Assembly: GCF_902652985.1 (NCBI RefSeq)
Contig: NC_047031.1
Location: forward strand, 27,900,001 to 27,964,000
Source: Pecten maximus
Taxonomy: Eukaryota
Reading direction: 5' to 3'
DNA: 64,000 nt
The notes beneath the pieces were generated by a model. It ran no database searches. It saw only the letters and a list, made by a program, of their open reading frames with translations, and had not been told where the DNA came from. Shown here one piece after another: positions 1-13,820 of this stretch (position 1 is the first letter of the stretch; each line of letters begins with the position of its first letter). The position numbers were made by a program, and so were the translations under genes.

Positions 1-620
1 CTGTTTGAACAGTTGATAACTCCTGGCCATTCTCGGAACTGTTTGAACAGTTGATAACTCCTGGCCATTCTCGGAACTGTTTGAACAGTTGATAACTCCT
101 GGCCATTCTCGTAAATGTGTAACTGTATGTAAAGTTGATGATTGCAGGCCATTATCGGAACTGTATATTCAGTTGATATATCCTAACCATTCTCGGAACT
201 GTTTGAACAGTTGATAACTCCTGGCCATTCTCGTAAATGTGTAACTGTATGTAAAGTTGATGATTGCAGGCCATTATCGGAACTGTATGTTCAGTTGATA
301 TATCCTAACCATTCTCGGAACTGTTTGAACAGTTGATAACTCCTGGCCATTCTCGTAAATGTGTAACGGTATGTAAAGTTGATGATTGCAGGCCATTATC
401 GGAACTGTATGTTCAGTTGATATATCCTAACCATTCTCGGAACTGTTTGAACAGTTGATAACTCCTGGCCATTCTCGTAAATGTGTAACGGTATGTAAAG
501 TTGATGATTGCAGGCCATTATCGGAACTGTATGTTCAGTTGATATATCCTAACCATTCTCGGAACTGTGTGAACATTTGATACATCCTGGCTATTATCGG
601 AAATGTATTCTCGGAACTGG
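1..620. repeat. Minisatellite of 38-bp units with a 122-bp higher-order repeat, truncated by the window start
   Basis: Unit ctgtttgaacagttgataactcctggccattctcggaa recurs at 1, 39 and 77. Marker gtaaatgt recurs at 111, 233, 355 and 477 (122-bp period made of three diverged subunits). Confidence 0.95.
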
Positions 621-2970
621 GTTTACATTTTTTTTTTTTTATAAATATTGGCAATTCTTGTAACTGTATGTACAGTTGATAAATCCCGGTCATTATCGGA
701 ACTGTTGAAGCGATTATTTATTGTTATTATTTTCAGTAAAATTGACATCTGGTCAAATATTTCGTCTATGAAGCAGAAGACGTTTACCCTCCCAGAACAC
801 ATAGACATGTTCTCCGTACACTTGATCAGGGGTAACCGTTCAAATCTAGATTTTTTTGTTCACAATTTGCTCTCGTTGTATCGGATTTTTGTTACAGTTA
901 CGGCTGTTTCATCACGTCGATATTCCTCTTGTTATATGTTAATTAAAAGTTCTATAACATTCCATCAAATCCTTAAAATAATATTGATTCAGAATTATAA
1001 AAACGTCCTGGCGCCTGAGGAACAACTTTTTACTTGTGCGTGGTTACGGTTTAATGGATACGACCCCGGTCTAACTATCATTGTTATTTGACAATAGTCT
1101 CCATACATATCTTATGTTCACTGTCATTTTTAAATGAAAAATATTTACATTTTCACTTTGATCCGCCTCAATGAACATAGTAAACTCAGATCACTTCATT
1201 TCCCGTTGAAGATTATGGGTCGCGTGCTTCTGTTCTGAGAGACGAATCACTTTCTTGCCGGCGTGTGAATACATTCACTGAGTTTACAATGGCGATCGAG
1301 TTTTGTACCGCCTCAGACTTGAATGCACTTTCATTTTGTGAATGGTTACATTGTTATAAACGTATATAAACACAAGTGGAATAGCCGCTTTATGTGCTAA
1401 TAAAAGGCCAGTATAATGCAGAGAGTTTAGAAAACAGGATCTGACAGAACACTGACACTCTCGATAGCACCGAGCTCATGACCTACGTAGCGCAGTAGGT
1501 CTAATGTTAGCTGTATCTCGAATGCCATGCCTTGATACCATTTTAGTGGTCACAGAAAATAAACCTCAATTTTAACACTATTTAACAACACAAAACAGGC
1601 TGTAGCAGCAGTATGCTATATCGAGCACAGGGACACATTATTGTCGTAATTTGACTTAATCTAAACATATGGAACTCACAAGTCTCCGGCCGTCGAATAC
1701 CGCGATTTTCAAATCAATGTGTCTTTACTTACTATTATCAGAATTTACATCCCAAAACGCCAGTGTGACAATGTAATCCAATATTTTAGGAACACCATGC
1801 ACATCATCAGCTAACCTGCGACTAAAATCCACATTGTTACACTTTTCTGGAGCTCTGCATATCCCGGCTATTAGACTGCATCACATACGGTCACAGGGGT
1901 TCGGCGCTAAATTTTGAGTAACATATGACATAATAAAAAATCGAAAGACTAAAAATCCAACATTCATTCAAATTATCAAACCTTTCAAAATCCATTTTTT
2001 CAAGGCTTTAGAGAATTACATAAACTCTGTTTTTTACTGTTGTGATATTTCACTGAACAGCTGTCGTCTTCCTCATTTTTTTAACCGAGTCCCTATGTTA
2101 AGTACTCTGTGACCTCCGCTAGTTACGTGTCATACTGTGGCGGATTGACCAATCAAAAAGAAGCTTTCAAAGTCGGTCAATTGGCCACGCCCATACTGGC
2201 GAGAGTTCGATATATAGCGGTGTATTTGGATTGTTGTGAAGGTCCTGTTACCGAACATATTTTGATTTACGCAGCATGCATAACGACATGGACGTTTTGA
2301 CAAAGTCAGAGTTGATGTGTTTTTACAGGCTCAACTGTTATGTAAAAGTTGTGTGCACTTGTTTCATTTCATTTCGGATTTTACTTGACCTTAGATGCCT
2401 ACACCCGGACGAAATGAACGCGTCAATCAATAAATGACGTTAAGAATGATGTTAGCGATTTGTGTTAAATTTATTCAGTTAATTCATTCTTTTCGATTTC
2501 TTCACTTTCGATTCCAACATCATGGGTCATCAATCATAAATGGTGCAGAGTGTTAAATTTCGCTACGAGTCGAACTTGACGCCATATTGTTTTGATTAGA
2601 AACGGGGTGTGGCTTAACAGGATAGATCATGGTTCTATCCCAGATTAGAACATGGTCCGTAACCAATCAAAACACGCGTTGCAAACGAATCGTGTTAGAA
2701 TATACAATATCATGAATACTTGTTATAAATGAATATTTTACCTTGAAAATATCGTATTTATGTGTATCAACATCGTAATAATCAAAACGTGTATGGGACT
2801 ATATTTTGTGTTGCCTTGGCGACGAGAATAGCTGACTGTCTGCTGTTCCACGACTGTGCACACATGTACGATAAGTATAACAATGATACAAAGTGACGCA
2901 CTTACGTCACACTGTTGCGACTGACCTTTGCAATCTGGTGGCGAAGTTTTTAATTTTGTTAACGTAAATA

Positions 2971-3129
2971 TAAGGATTGATTGTCAATTTTGTTGCTTGC
3001 ATGGACTGATGAAGGGAAGTGAACCTCGTGCAAATGGTACATGAACTGCTTCGCAGTTCACTTCATTTGTACGAGGTTCACTTCCCTTCATCAGTCCATG
3101 CAAGCAACAAAATTGACAATCAATCCTTA
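2971..3129. mobile_element. Near-perfect 159-bp palindromic (foldback/MITE-like) element
   Basis: taaggattgattgtcaattttgttgcttgcatggactgatgaagggaagtgaacctcgt is matched by its reverse complement ending at 3129. The centre is tgaactgc-ttc-gcagttca. Confidence 0.75.
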
Positions 3130-3715
3130 AATAATTTGCTTATCTTCATGACTTTTCAAACAAGCGAAGTTAATCGATGGATTTAATCATACTAAACACT
3201 TACTAGCGTTATACTAATATAAATAAATACATGTAATATGATCATATGCTATCGAAGTCATTCATCAAAATTTAGAAAACATTTACATTGAAAACAAGAA
3301 CAGGTACAACCTTAATGTACATGTGTTTTATTAATTGAAAACATATAACAAACTATGATAGTTTAAAATTGGTCACCAACGAAGTAAAAACGATTTTTTT
3401 CTGATGAAATTATACAAAGTGCAAGGTGTGTATATATTTAATGAATGTTCACGTAACAATGGCTCCAGACAAGATGGTGTAATGAAATCAATATAAAAAC
3501 TGAAGATGAAAATCCCTGTCCGATCTAAATCGACAGCTGTCGAGATAACATGCAAATTAGGCACCCAAATAAGGATCCTAGATTGCACACGTAACTCTAT
3601 TCTCACTCAAGAGGGACAATAATGTACGATATTCGGATATTTAAGAGCATCTTATGATACACGTAGCTACAGGAGGTTTACAGAGTGTTAACATAAAATC
3701 AACGAATACAATATA

Positions 3716-6700
3716 TTAAACCGGCACGAACTGTCCACTATATCTCCTGGTCGTTGTTCCAAACCGAGAATTTGAGACTGGAGTACAAACGAAACTGTCG
3801 TTTATCGCCACTTCCGGTTTAGATTGTTCTTTTTTAGTTTGCCCTTTCCGGTTTTTCTTGAATGATGACGTCACGCACACTGGACAGGTAATTGCGGTAA
3901 ATACCAAGAAACTTCCCGAACATACCAGAATGGTGAAATTTATACAGATCTGGTGAAAGTCATCTCCTGGAGAGAAATAAAACAGATCTCATAATTAATG
4001 AACATATATCACAATATAGAGGGTACCTCAATCATATCAAACATGTATAGGATTACTGAAGGTAAGGGTTCATGACCTGAGGTCTATAAAGTGGAATAAG
4101 TGGAGGAGAAGTAATTCTCTGAATGGTTTGTTATCATTTGTATTCTCATTTAGATTAATGTTGCTTGTTCATTTAGGAGGGTATATTCCTCCAAGTAATC
4201 ATGCCTCTATTGCATCAATATTATTTGACTTTTTAACTGAAATATTTGTATGGGAAATCATTGCAAAATTTAAAGAACATTCCATAGGTAAGAGTGCGCC
4301 CTTAAACCCAGTGATACTTTCACAGGGACAATGTTAACATTAACTTAAATACCTCACATAGACACCAAAACAAGGAACATTATAATAACAATTGGCGAAC
4401 CAGGTATTCACCGCCAAATTAACAGCTATAAATTATTAAGACTTTGGTTTGCATTGTCCTTGGAACAGACCTGACAGTTTTCCTCAGATGAAGCATGGAC
4501 TCCATGAATTGATAAACATAATCATATATATACTATTTATCAATGTGTATACGACAAGGTGTAGGTACATATATCAACACCCTTTCTAACGAAACGAAAC
4601 ATGTTTAATATAAAGTCACATTTGATCAAATAATCATATTATCAATTGTATTATGAATATACTTTTTGTACCTCGATCGTCAGTATCAAGCGTGTCCCCA
4701 ACGCTGATTAAGGCTCCCACGTTTACGTTTTCGTAAGCAACATCATCATCAGTCATACGCTTGTTCCGTCTATTGGACTTGACGGCAGGACCATCATTCT
4801 CCGCTAGACGCTTCCTTCTCCCATACACGACGTCCCCATTTGCACAATCCGTCTGTAATAATGAATGCACCTGTTACCATAATTCAGATTAAAATACTTA
4901 TTTGAAATAAACATAAAGTATAGTAGAACATGGCCGATGTGAATGAGTTAACATTGAGATAGCCAGAGTATTCGAGGTAACCAAGTATATTTAATATGTA
5001 ATTTTTAAATGATGAAATTGATTTTTTACTTCGAGTTTAGCAGGATATTCGAGTTCGAAGTAGCGAAATTTGGCTGTATAACCTATATATCTATCTACAG
5101 TACTGACAACGTTTTTCATGCTTTTGACACTCTTCTGATTTGCGAATCATGTCGGTTTTTTTTTTATTCCTAAGTCATTATCAGATCATATATCCATTAT
5201 GTAATACTTTCCTGCACATTTCCCCGATTTACCAGGAGTCACTCACGTCCGAACGTGTCACGTGACCACCCACGATAAACGTTTCAGATGTACACTACTG
5301 AAGGTAAAACTGGCAGCACAAGGTCCCGAGAGTTAAGGTTGCTTAGGACAATGTCAACATTTTATGTACGACGACATTATGTCATTTTTCAATTGTTCTG
5401 TTTCATGTGTGATTTGAAGTCAGACATGTTGCATTCTCCTTTATATGCCGAGTGGTTCCACTACCACTACCCTTACTCTCATTTCATCACGTGAGCTGGC
5501 CACGATTTGACCCGGATATGACCAGAATTTGTAAGGCGGGTGTCGTCAATGAAGAAGACAGATTTCCGGAACGCCCGGTTTTATTCCCTCGTGCTCTCCA
5601 TGTTCATTGTTTTATTCTCGTTTACTGATTTTAATTTAGAAATACAGTTTCCTTATTACATGTATATAGGTATACTCTGTTTTGCTTACCCGGGAGCATG
5701 CTCCAAAACAAAGCTGGAGCGTGCAGGAGAACGTCATGTCGACAATCCCGCCATTAAGGTCGGTCGTTCTAAAAGCGTCAAATGTAGAGGATATAACCCC
5801 CTGCACCGGATGGGCAAAGTTCGGGAACAGCTCGGTGTCAGTAGAACAACTACAACATAAAAGTTTATATCAAAATACTAAGACATCTCGTGTGTATTAT
5901 TTCTTTTGTTCTTTCCGGATTCCATACCGGAAGCAGTTGTTAGGCTCGCCCCTCAGAAGTTTAAACAGAATGGCAGACCACTTGTAAATTTTGGTGTATT
6001 TTTTTTATATACTAGAAAAACTTTTGAGAAATATTTGACTAAATTTTATCTAAATTTCGCATTGAACACTAGACAACGTCCCAGATAGTGATATCTATGA
6101 TGAAAGAGTAGCAAGCCGACATATTGTTTACCTTAACAACCTCACGTCATCTATTACTCGATACGAATTTAGAATTGGTTTGGTTTATTGTGTTTAACGT
6201 CCTATTAACAGCCAAGGTCATTTAAGGACGGACTCCCGTGCGTGCGACATGCATGTGTGTGGTGGGTGCGTATGTGTGTTTCGGGAGGTTGTGGTATGTT
6301 CGTGTTAAGTCTCCTTGTGATAGGCCGGAACTTTTGCCGATTTAAAGTGCTACCTCACTGAAGCATACTGCCAAAGACACCCAGCAGCAGACCCCACCCG
6401 GTCACATGATACTGACAACGGGCAAACCAGTCGTCCCACTCGAAATATGCTGAGCGCTAAGCAGGAGTAGCAACTACCATTTTTTAAGACTCTTGTATGT
6501 CTCGGCTAGGGGACAGAACCAAAAGCCTTCCTCACAGGGGCGAACGCTCAACTAAAGGCCAAAAGTGAGGCAGTGTCAAGGGAGACGTTAGGAAGAAGAA
6601 AATTATCAAGAAAGAAGAGAAAACATAAGATCCCAAGTTAAGTCGCCTCTTACGATCATGCAATGGGGGCAGCAGGTACAATTCTTACGCCCTACCTGCA

Positions 6701-9700
6701 GGGCAGTACGAATTTAGAAACCGATATATTTCTTTATAATTTCTTTATAATTCTCAGATAGCTCAGATGAGAACCATGGTTCTGGACCAATGAACTGCGA
6801 CATTACGTTGCCAAGGGGAAGGAAAATACTCTCAATGACTTATGACATATATAAGGTGGATTACAGTAACTTTTGAATACAACTATCTCATCCTCAACCA
6901 TAGTTGAACATGTCAGCATCTACTAATCTTATTTATCTTGTTTTTTAAATGAAGATCAGGATTATAATTGGACATCACAGTTCCTGTATCACCGCGTGTT
7001 TCGTCTCCTTACAACACAAACACTATCACTCCCTCCAAGATCTCACTGACAAGTCCTCACACATTCTCCATGTACCTGTTCGTCAACAGAATTATATCGA
7101 GTCCCACAGAACTCTATACTTACAAGTCCTTTATCATTTCAATCGTGTTAGCAGTACAATATCTCGCCTTTAAGTCGAAATCAGCTAAAACGAAATAAAT
7201 GTAAGTGTTACAGACAATCAAGGATATGAAAATACTTCTGTATTCAGTGGCAGAAAAAACTGCTGAATATGTCTCAACACTTTAGTACATTTAGTACAAA
7301 GGTAAACTATGTTTAGCACAAATAGTCATCTGATTATTTAAAAATAAAGTTTTATTATTTACTATACCAAAATATAGAACGTAAATACAATTATGTAGAA
7401 AACATGCCAAAATATTTGAATTGAGTAACGAACAAAAAAACAAGCATTACATTAATTGGCCCATGACCCTAATTGAATCTACTGACCCATAAACTCTGAC
7501 CCCAGTTGAATCGACATGGTGAGTATATCTGCAAGATCCACTTGACCAGCAGTCACCTCCTGACCGTTTGAGTAGAGGATCATCTTGGCCGTAGGTCGTA
7601 TCGTTATATTAACTCCCTCTTCGTCCACACCATCAACGCTGGATAAAAAAAAATGTCACGTGGTCATTTTCTAGAATGTGCGATATTTGTGTTAACCAAT
7701 TTCTCCCAGAATGCATTGCAGTTGTAATGAAGGGACCCGCAATGCGCTCTGGAAGAAATTGTGATTTATCTCTCCTTTAGATAGAAGACGAGGACGACAA
7801 TCCACGATTCTCCAGTGGGCCCACATTAAGTCGCCTTGTGCGATTACAATGCAGTGGTATACAGAAGGCCTTATTCCTGAATGTTATCTCCCTTTAGTAA
7901 ATTATCTGTCAAATTAATCACGGCACAAAATAGTTATAATGTTTTATTTGCCTACTTTTGTAAGACTTTTCAGTACAATAGTACCAACAAATTTACATTT
8001 TGTACGTATCACTGAATTTGTTTTTTATTAACATGTGTTAGTCATGCCTCTCTTAGTTTATTTAAACACAATAAGTCAGTAGTCAATATCCATTCATACA
8101 GCTGACGTTTTTTTGATTGACGTATATATACATATATATTTAGTGTAAAATCTGAACCGGCCCGGATTGATTATATATTTTAATCTAAATGGAGAAACCT
8201 ACTACACCAATTTCAATAAGTTAATAAGTTAACATGGTCTAACCTCGATAGAAACTTCGACTATTTCCCTCGATAAAACTCCCGATAACACCCACAACCT
8301 GACATACTGACATTTTACTGTACATATCAAGGTGTTTGTATTCTTCCTTAATAATATCATGGAATCTGCCTATCAACTTACAAAGTAAGATCACTTCCGC
8401 GTAGATCAATGGTGAACTCGAAAAGGCACTGAACCGGATATGATATGTCATTTCCGGTTTGATATTGAGGCTTCTTCTGTACGACCACTGTAAAGGCTTC
8501 GTACTGGAGAAACAAAAGCAGATCAACTTCAATCATTTTTAATTACAAATAAAAAAAAGAAGATCTCAATGATTTATATCCCGATTATATTAACTGTATA
8601 GATAGTGAAACGAAAATCTCTACCCCAATTACATGTACTATATATATGAAGTATTCCGGCAATCGCTACCCTGGTTATATGAATCATATAGACAGTATAC
8701 CGGAAATCCGGGTTATATGAACTAGATTAATAGTACACCGGAAATCGCTATCACGATAATATGAACTACATGTACAGGTACATGTAACTATGAACAACGG
8801 AAGAAGTTGCAATATCTTAACTCGTATCCGTTTAATTCTAATTTCGATTGAATCTCAAGATATTTAATATACAAATGTTGATTGTAAAATAAATAAATAA
8901 ACAAAAAATAGATCTCCACATTTGTATGTCCTTACCGGATCTATTCCACACGCGTCGAACATGAATTCGAACACAGTTGTGTTTGTGACCGTGTTCTGTT
9001 TACAGGCGGACCCGTGGCCTTGGATGTATATAATGCCGCCATTTGCCCCGCCCTCTAAGGTTAAGGTCAGCCGTGTCTCTGTACACATTTGCACTTTGAC
9101 TAAAACATATGTATTCAAAGCAAAACACATGTTAGATTTAGTTGGTAATAGAAAAAAACGTGTTGGATTTAAACGGAAATTACATAGCATATATACCAAT
9201 TAAAATGTACAGTTATACATACATGTACAGTGTTTGTGGGAAGATCTGAAAAACATGCAAAATACGTCTAAGATTTGTTTACCTAATAGAAAAAAATTAT
9301 ATCTTTTATAAATCAATACAGTTTGAGATTTGACCTTTGACCTAAGTGTAAACGAGTACAAGGGAGTATGCGGAGGAGTATGTGTTGACGTATGTTAACG
9401 AAATCAGAGAAACATCATCCTAGAATCCTTAAATTATATTGTCACATATTTGACCTTTAACCCATGAATGAGTTAGTTGGATGAGGTTGATTTGATTTAC
9501 ATTACAAGGAAACAAGTGTTACATAAAACAACAGGTCCGGAACATGTGAAACCAGCTCACGTGACAGCTGATGACTTTAATTATGATTGACAGCTCGTTA
9601 GCGGAACAACTTTGATGTCTATACAGGTATATATGATTAAGATATTGACGAGATATAGAGAATGATAATAATAGTAATACATATTTCATTTGTGGGTCAG

Positions 9701-10399
9701 GTATATTTTACACCAAACATTAATTAACATCATACACAATACACAATGCCGAGGCATATTTAAATTAATGACATTAAAGACATTTGAATCCATATCTTTA
9801 AAAACTAAAATATATTTGAGAAATATAATTTGAAAATCCTAATATCAGATGGTGGGAAAAGTGCGAGAGTGGTTTGGCCAATCCCTACCGACAAGTAGAG
9901 GTTCATCGGAACCTCGATGAACTTGCGATTACAGCACTGTCCGACTTATAGAATAATAAAATTCATACGTATTGAAACATTTAAATAAAAAATAGTTTTA
10001 AATGTAATTAATGTATGTTCTGATAGTGGATGGAGTACGAGGGTGGTTTGGGACACAATTACCGACCGGGATCCTCTATCGCTGTAATTTAGATAAACAG
10101 CTGATACACTGTACAAACTGTTACACAAACTTACACATACACTGCACGTGTATAGGTGATGCATATAAATTATGTATATCAAGGATTAGGGCGGGTCAAA
10201 TTCAGCTGGTTGGCCCGAAAATCTCGACCTGTCTTAAAAGACCATTTTTGTTTTCTCTCTTGAGCGGTCTTTATATACAGTTCTGATTTTATAAACGCCT
10301 ATATATACCAATCTTACCTGTTGGGTTGTACGCTAACACCAAATCTGGTGTTACCAAGCACATGACGAGAAGGTTAGTAAATCCCCGTATCCACCTCAT
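3716..10399 (-). CDS. Zona pellucida (ZP) domain protein, cuticlin-like, ~390 aa, 8 coding exons, with signal peptide, furin site and C-terminal transmembrane segment
   Basis: Exons (minus): 10318-10399, 8936-9099, 8382-8503, 7487-7638, 7124-7184, 5690-5849, 4672-4852 (or -4870), 3716-3966; all GT-AG and phase-consistent. Signal peptide MRWIRGFTNLLVMCLVTPDLVLA. ZP-N-like TVVVQKKPQYQTGNDISYPVQCLF. ZP-C-like CSTDTELFPNF...STFDAFR...MTFSCTLQLCFGAC. Furin site GRRKR. Hydrophobic ICINFTILVCSGSFLVFTAITCPVCV followed by basic KKNRK. Confidence 0.9.
6175..6706 (-). mobile_element. Full-length SINE-like retroelement (~532 bp) with 13-bp target-site duplication, in a ZP-gene intron
   Basis: TSD tacgaatttagaa at 6162-6174 and 6707-6719. 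Minus-strand 3' end ...ggctgttaataggacgttaaacacaataaaccaaaccaa has a simple-repeat tail. Internal tRNA-like A/B-box region (tggcctttagttgagcg...ggttctgtcccc) at ~6505-6562. Confidence 0.85.
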
Positions 10400-11049
10400 T
10401 AGGGGTTGATACCCTCCAGTCAATATAACGCATGAAACCATCTCCATTTGAGAAAACATCAAGCTGTTGTAGTTATCTCTTATAAAAAGAAAATTCAATT
10501 TAGTAGTTGTTTGTCGGCGTCGGAGAGATGGAGATGTTTCTGAAGGAGAATGTAAGTCTACATTGCATTCCTCTTATTTCACGACTTGCACATAAAACAT
10601 GTACTGTGAATTAAGCAATGTTTTGATAACCTAAACATATTCTTGGTTCCTGGGTTCACTGTACCTAAGACAGCATGGTTCCAAGTCCACCGTACAACAC
10701 CGTAAAGATTGTTTACAGACCAAAAGTTAGTCCAGATATGAAGTTTATCCCAAATAACAGACTTTTATCATACATTATGCAGGTGACACCTGAAAAAGAG
10801 AAGAAAGAAAACTTATTTATAACAGATTTTTGCTGGCCCAAGTTTGATCCACTACATCAAACTTCGTAAATTCTCTAACATAAATTTGCCAAGAGGGTCC
10901 TTAGTTATTAGGGTTTTCCCCATTCTATATATCAACGCTCTCCTATGGAATCTTAAGTTCTGATATTCCTCACGTTGATTGGAGAGGAGATGCTGTTATA
11001 TTAATACCCATGTTTCATTAGAGACCCAAGACACTGTGTTACACACATG

Positions 11050-12385
11050 CATATCGACTGTAGTATACACTGGTATACATTATTAAACATATCGACTGTA
11101 GTATACACTGGTATACATTATTAAACATATCGACTGTAGTATACACTGGTATACATTATTTAACATATCGACTGTAGTATACACTGGTATACATTATTTA
11201 ACATATCGACTGTAGTATACACTGGTATACATTATTAACATATCGACTGTAGTATACACTGGTATACATTATTAAACATATCGACTGTAGTATACAACTG
11301 GTATACATTATTAAACATATCGACTGTAGTATACACTGGTATACATTATTTAACATATCGACTGTAGTATACACTGGTATACATTATTTAACATATCGAC
11401 TGTAGTATACACTGGTATACATTATTTAACATATCGACTGTAGTATACACTGGTATACATTATTTAACATATCGACTGTAGTATACACTGGTATACATTA
11501 TTAAACATATCGACTGTAGTATACACTGGTATACATTATTAAACATATCGACTGTAGTATACACTGGTATACATTATTAAACATATCGACTGTAGTATAC
11601 ACTGGTATACATTATTTAACATATCGACTGTAGTATACACTGGTATACATTATTAACATATCGACTGTAGTATACACTGGTATACATTATTTAACATATC
11701 GACTGTAGTATACACTGGTATACATTATTTAACATATCGACTGTAGTATACACTGGTATACATTATTTAACATATCGACTGTAGTATACACTGGTATACA
11801 TTATTAAACATATCGACTGTAGTATACACTGGTGTACATTATTTAACATATCGACTGTAGTATACACTGGTATACATTATTTAACATATCGACTGTAGTA
11901 TACACTGGTGTACATTATTAAACATATCGACTGTAGTATACACTGGTATACATTATTAAACATATCGACTGTAGTATACACTGGTATACATTATTAAACA
12001 TATCGACTGTAGTATACACTGGTATACATTATTAAACATATCGACTGTAGTATACACTGGTATACATTATTAAACATATCGACTGTAGTATACACTGGTA
12101 TACATTATTTAACATATCGACTGTAGTATACACTGGTATACATTATTAAACATATCGACTGTAGTATACACTGGTATACATTATTAAACATATCGACTGT
12201 AGTATACACTGGTATACATTATTTAACATATCGACTGTAGTATACACTGGTATACATTATTTAACATATCGACTGTAGTATACACTGGTATACATTATTA
12301 AACATATCGACTGTAGTATACACTGGTATACATTATCAAACATATCGACTGTAGTATACACTGGTATACATTATTTAACATATCG
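11050..12385. repeat. Homogeneous 38-bp minisatellite, ~35 copies
   Basis: Unit catatcgactgtagtatacactggtatacattatt(a/t)aa repeated head-to-tail with very few variants. Confidence 0.98.
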
Positions 12386-12609
12386 TACTACATTATATAT
12401 CTAAATATATGTAATCTGAACATGAAGATTCAATTTAGGATGATTATTGGCACATTTTCAGAATATAAAAACATACATGTATTTATGAGTGGAAAATACA
12501 ACACATCTGCCAAACATAAAAAAACATGAAAACAATATAGACTTAATGCGCCTTTTCCAAATGATAATATTTGTGACGTCCCTTTTTATATCCCGACTTT
12601 CCCAGTAGT

Positions 12610-13140
12610 ACCACTGTCGAGGTCTAGAAGAAAAGACCCAGCTTTATGACGTCCCTAGCAACACTGACGAGTACTAGAGGGAAGAAACAGCCGTATGATG
12701 CCCATAACATCAATGATGAGTCATTGAATGATGAAAAAGAAGTACAATGATATACCTAGCATCACTAACGGATACAAGAAGAACGAAACAGGAGTATGAC
12801 GCCATTAATATCCCTGGCAAGTGTTAGAATTAAGAAACATTTATTTCGCCCTTAACATCACTGATGTGTCCTTGAAGAACGAAACAGACGTATGGTGTTC
12901 CTAACTTCACTAACGAGGTCTTGAATGAAGAAACGGTTGTGTTACGTCCTTAACATTGCTGAAGAGTCCTTGAATGACGAAACAGCTGTATGGTGTGCCT
13001 AACAAATCCACGATGAACACTAGAAGGGCGAAATAGCTGTTTGATGGCCATAACATCTGTGACGAGTCCTAGAAAGAGGAAAAGACGAAACAGCTGTATG
13101 GTGACCCTAAAATCCACAAGAGTCTTTAGAAGGTCGAAAT
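12610..13140 (+). ncRNA. Degenerate tandem array (~11 x ~49 bp) of minimal hammerhead ribozyme motifs
   Basis: Best unit 12953-12996: acattg CTGAAGA gtc cttgaat gac GAAA cagctg TA tggtgt. This gives stem I arms, CUGANGA core, stem II, GAAA, palindromic stem III and GUA triplet. Other units are mutated versions of the same consensus. Confidence 0.75.
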
Positions 13141-13347
13141 AACAGACAGAATTAGAAGAATAAAAAAAATACCTACATACACGGTGTCCTTTACAATGTT
13201 TAATACTGACTGTTGGAGTCGTGTGGACAGAGCACAAGGCACATGTCAACCTGGCTCGACCCATAGCTAACCTTGCTGTTACAATCAAACAGGTAAACTA
13301 ATAAACCCACTTGATCAGTAGCCCGGTCATTTGTTCTTAAATGCATT

Positions 13348-13820
13348 AACTAGAAAGGCCATGACAGCTACTGTCACGCCAGTGTTGCAGTGAGGTCAAC
13401 TTACGCACAGGTACCTGATAACTTGTTACAGTCTAAATGCATTAGGACCTTCCCTAGTGTGTATCGCAAACTTTTAGACATTTCGAAACGTCTGCAAAAT
13501 GTGATATACAAACTAGGAATGGTCGAAATACACGTATATTGCAACAAATTCTCAGTTTCTCGTGAACGTACGCGCATAAAGAACAGAGGTGATTGCTGAT
13601 AGTAGTAGTAGGGAACATTGTAGTAGTGTTGAGATACCAATGACCTTGACTTGTTTTCAAAGTCACGGGAATCAAATTTGTTAAATACTTCAATGATCTT
13701 CCTTTCGAGAGCCAAAATACCCATATGCCTGATATTTCGCCTGATGGTACTGTAACAAGGACAGAGCGCTGTTCAAATTCAACATGGAAATGACCTTGGC
13801 CTATTGTTAAGATCACGAGA
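13348..13820. mobile_element. Probable degenerate Helentron/HINE-type non-autonomous repeat
   Basis: Begins taactagaaaggcc and contains tgaccttgac / gaggtcaa / atgaccttgg motifs like those in the element at the window end. Confidence 0.3.

Noticed and set aside
648-1091. 147-aa plus-strand ORF
   Set aside because: Non-ATG start, AT-rich, partly repeat-derived and with no motif.
8239-8532. 97-aa ORF from the track as the coding frame
   Set aside because: The spliced ZP exon 8382-8503 uses a different frame.
11050-12385. CRISPR-like regular repeats (also 1-620 and the 49-bp arrays)
   Set aside because: No unique spacers, no cas genes, and eukaryotic context.
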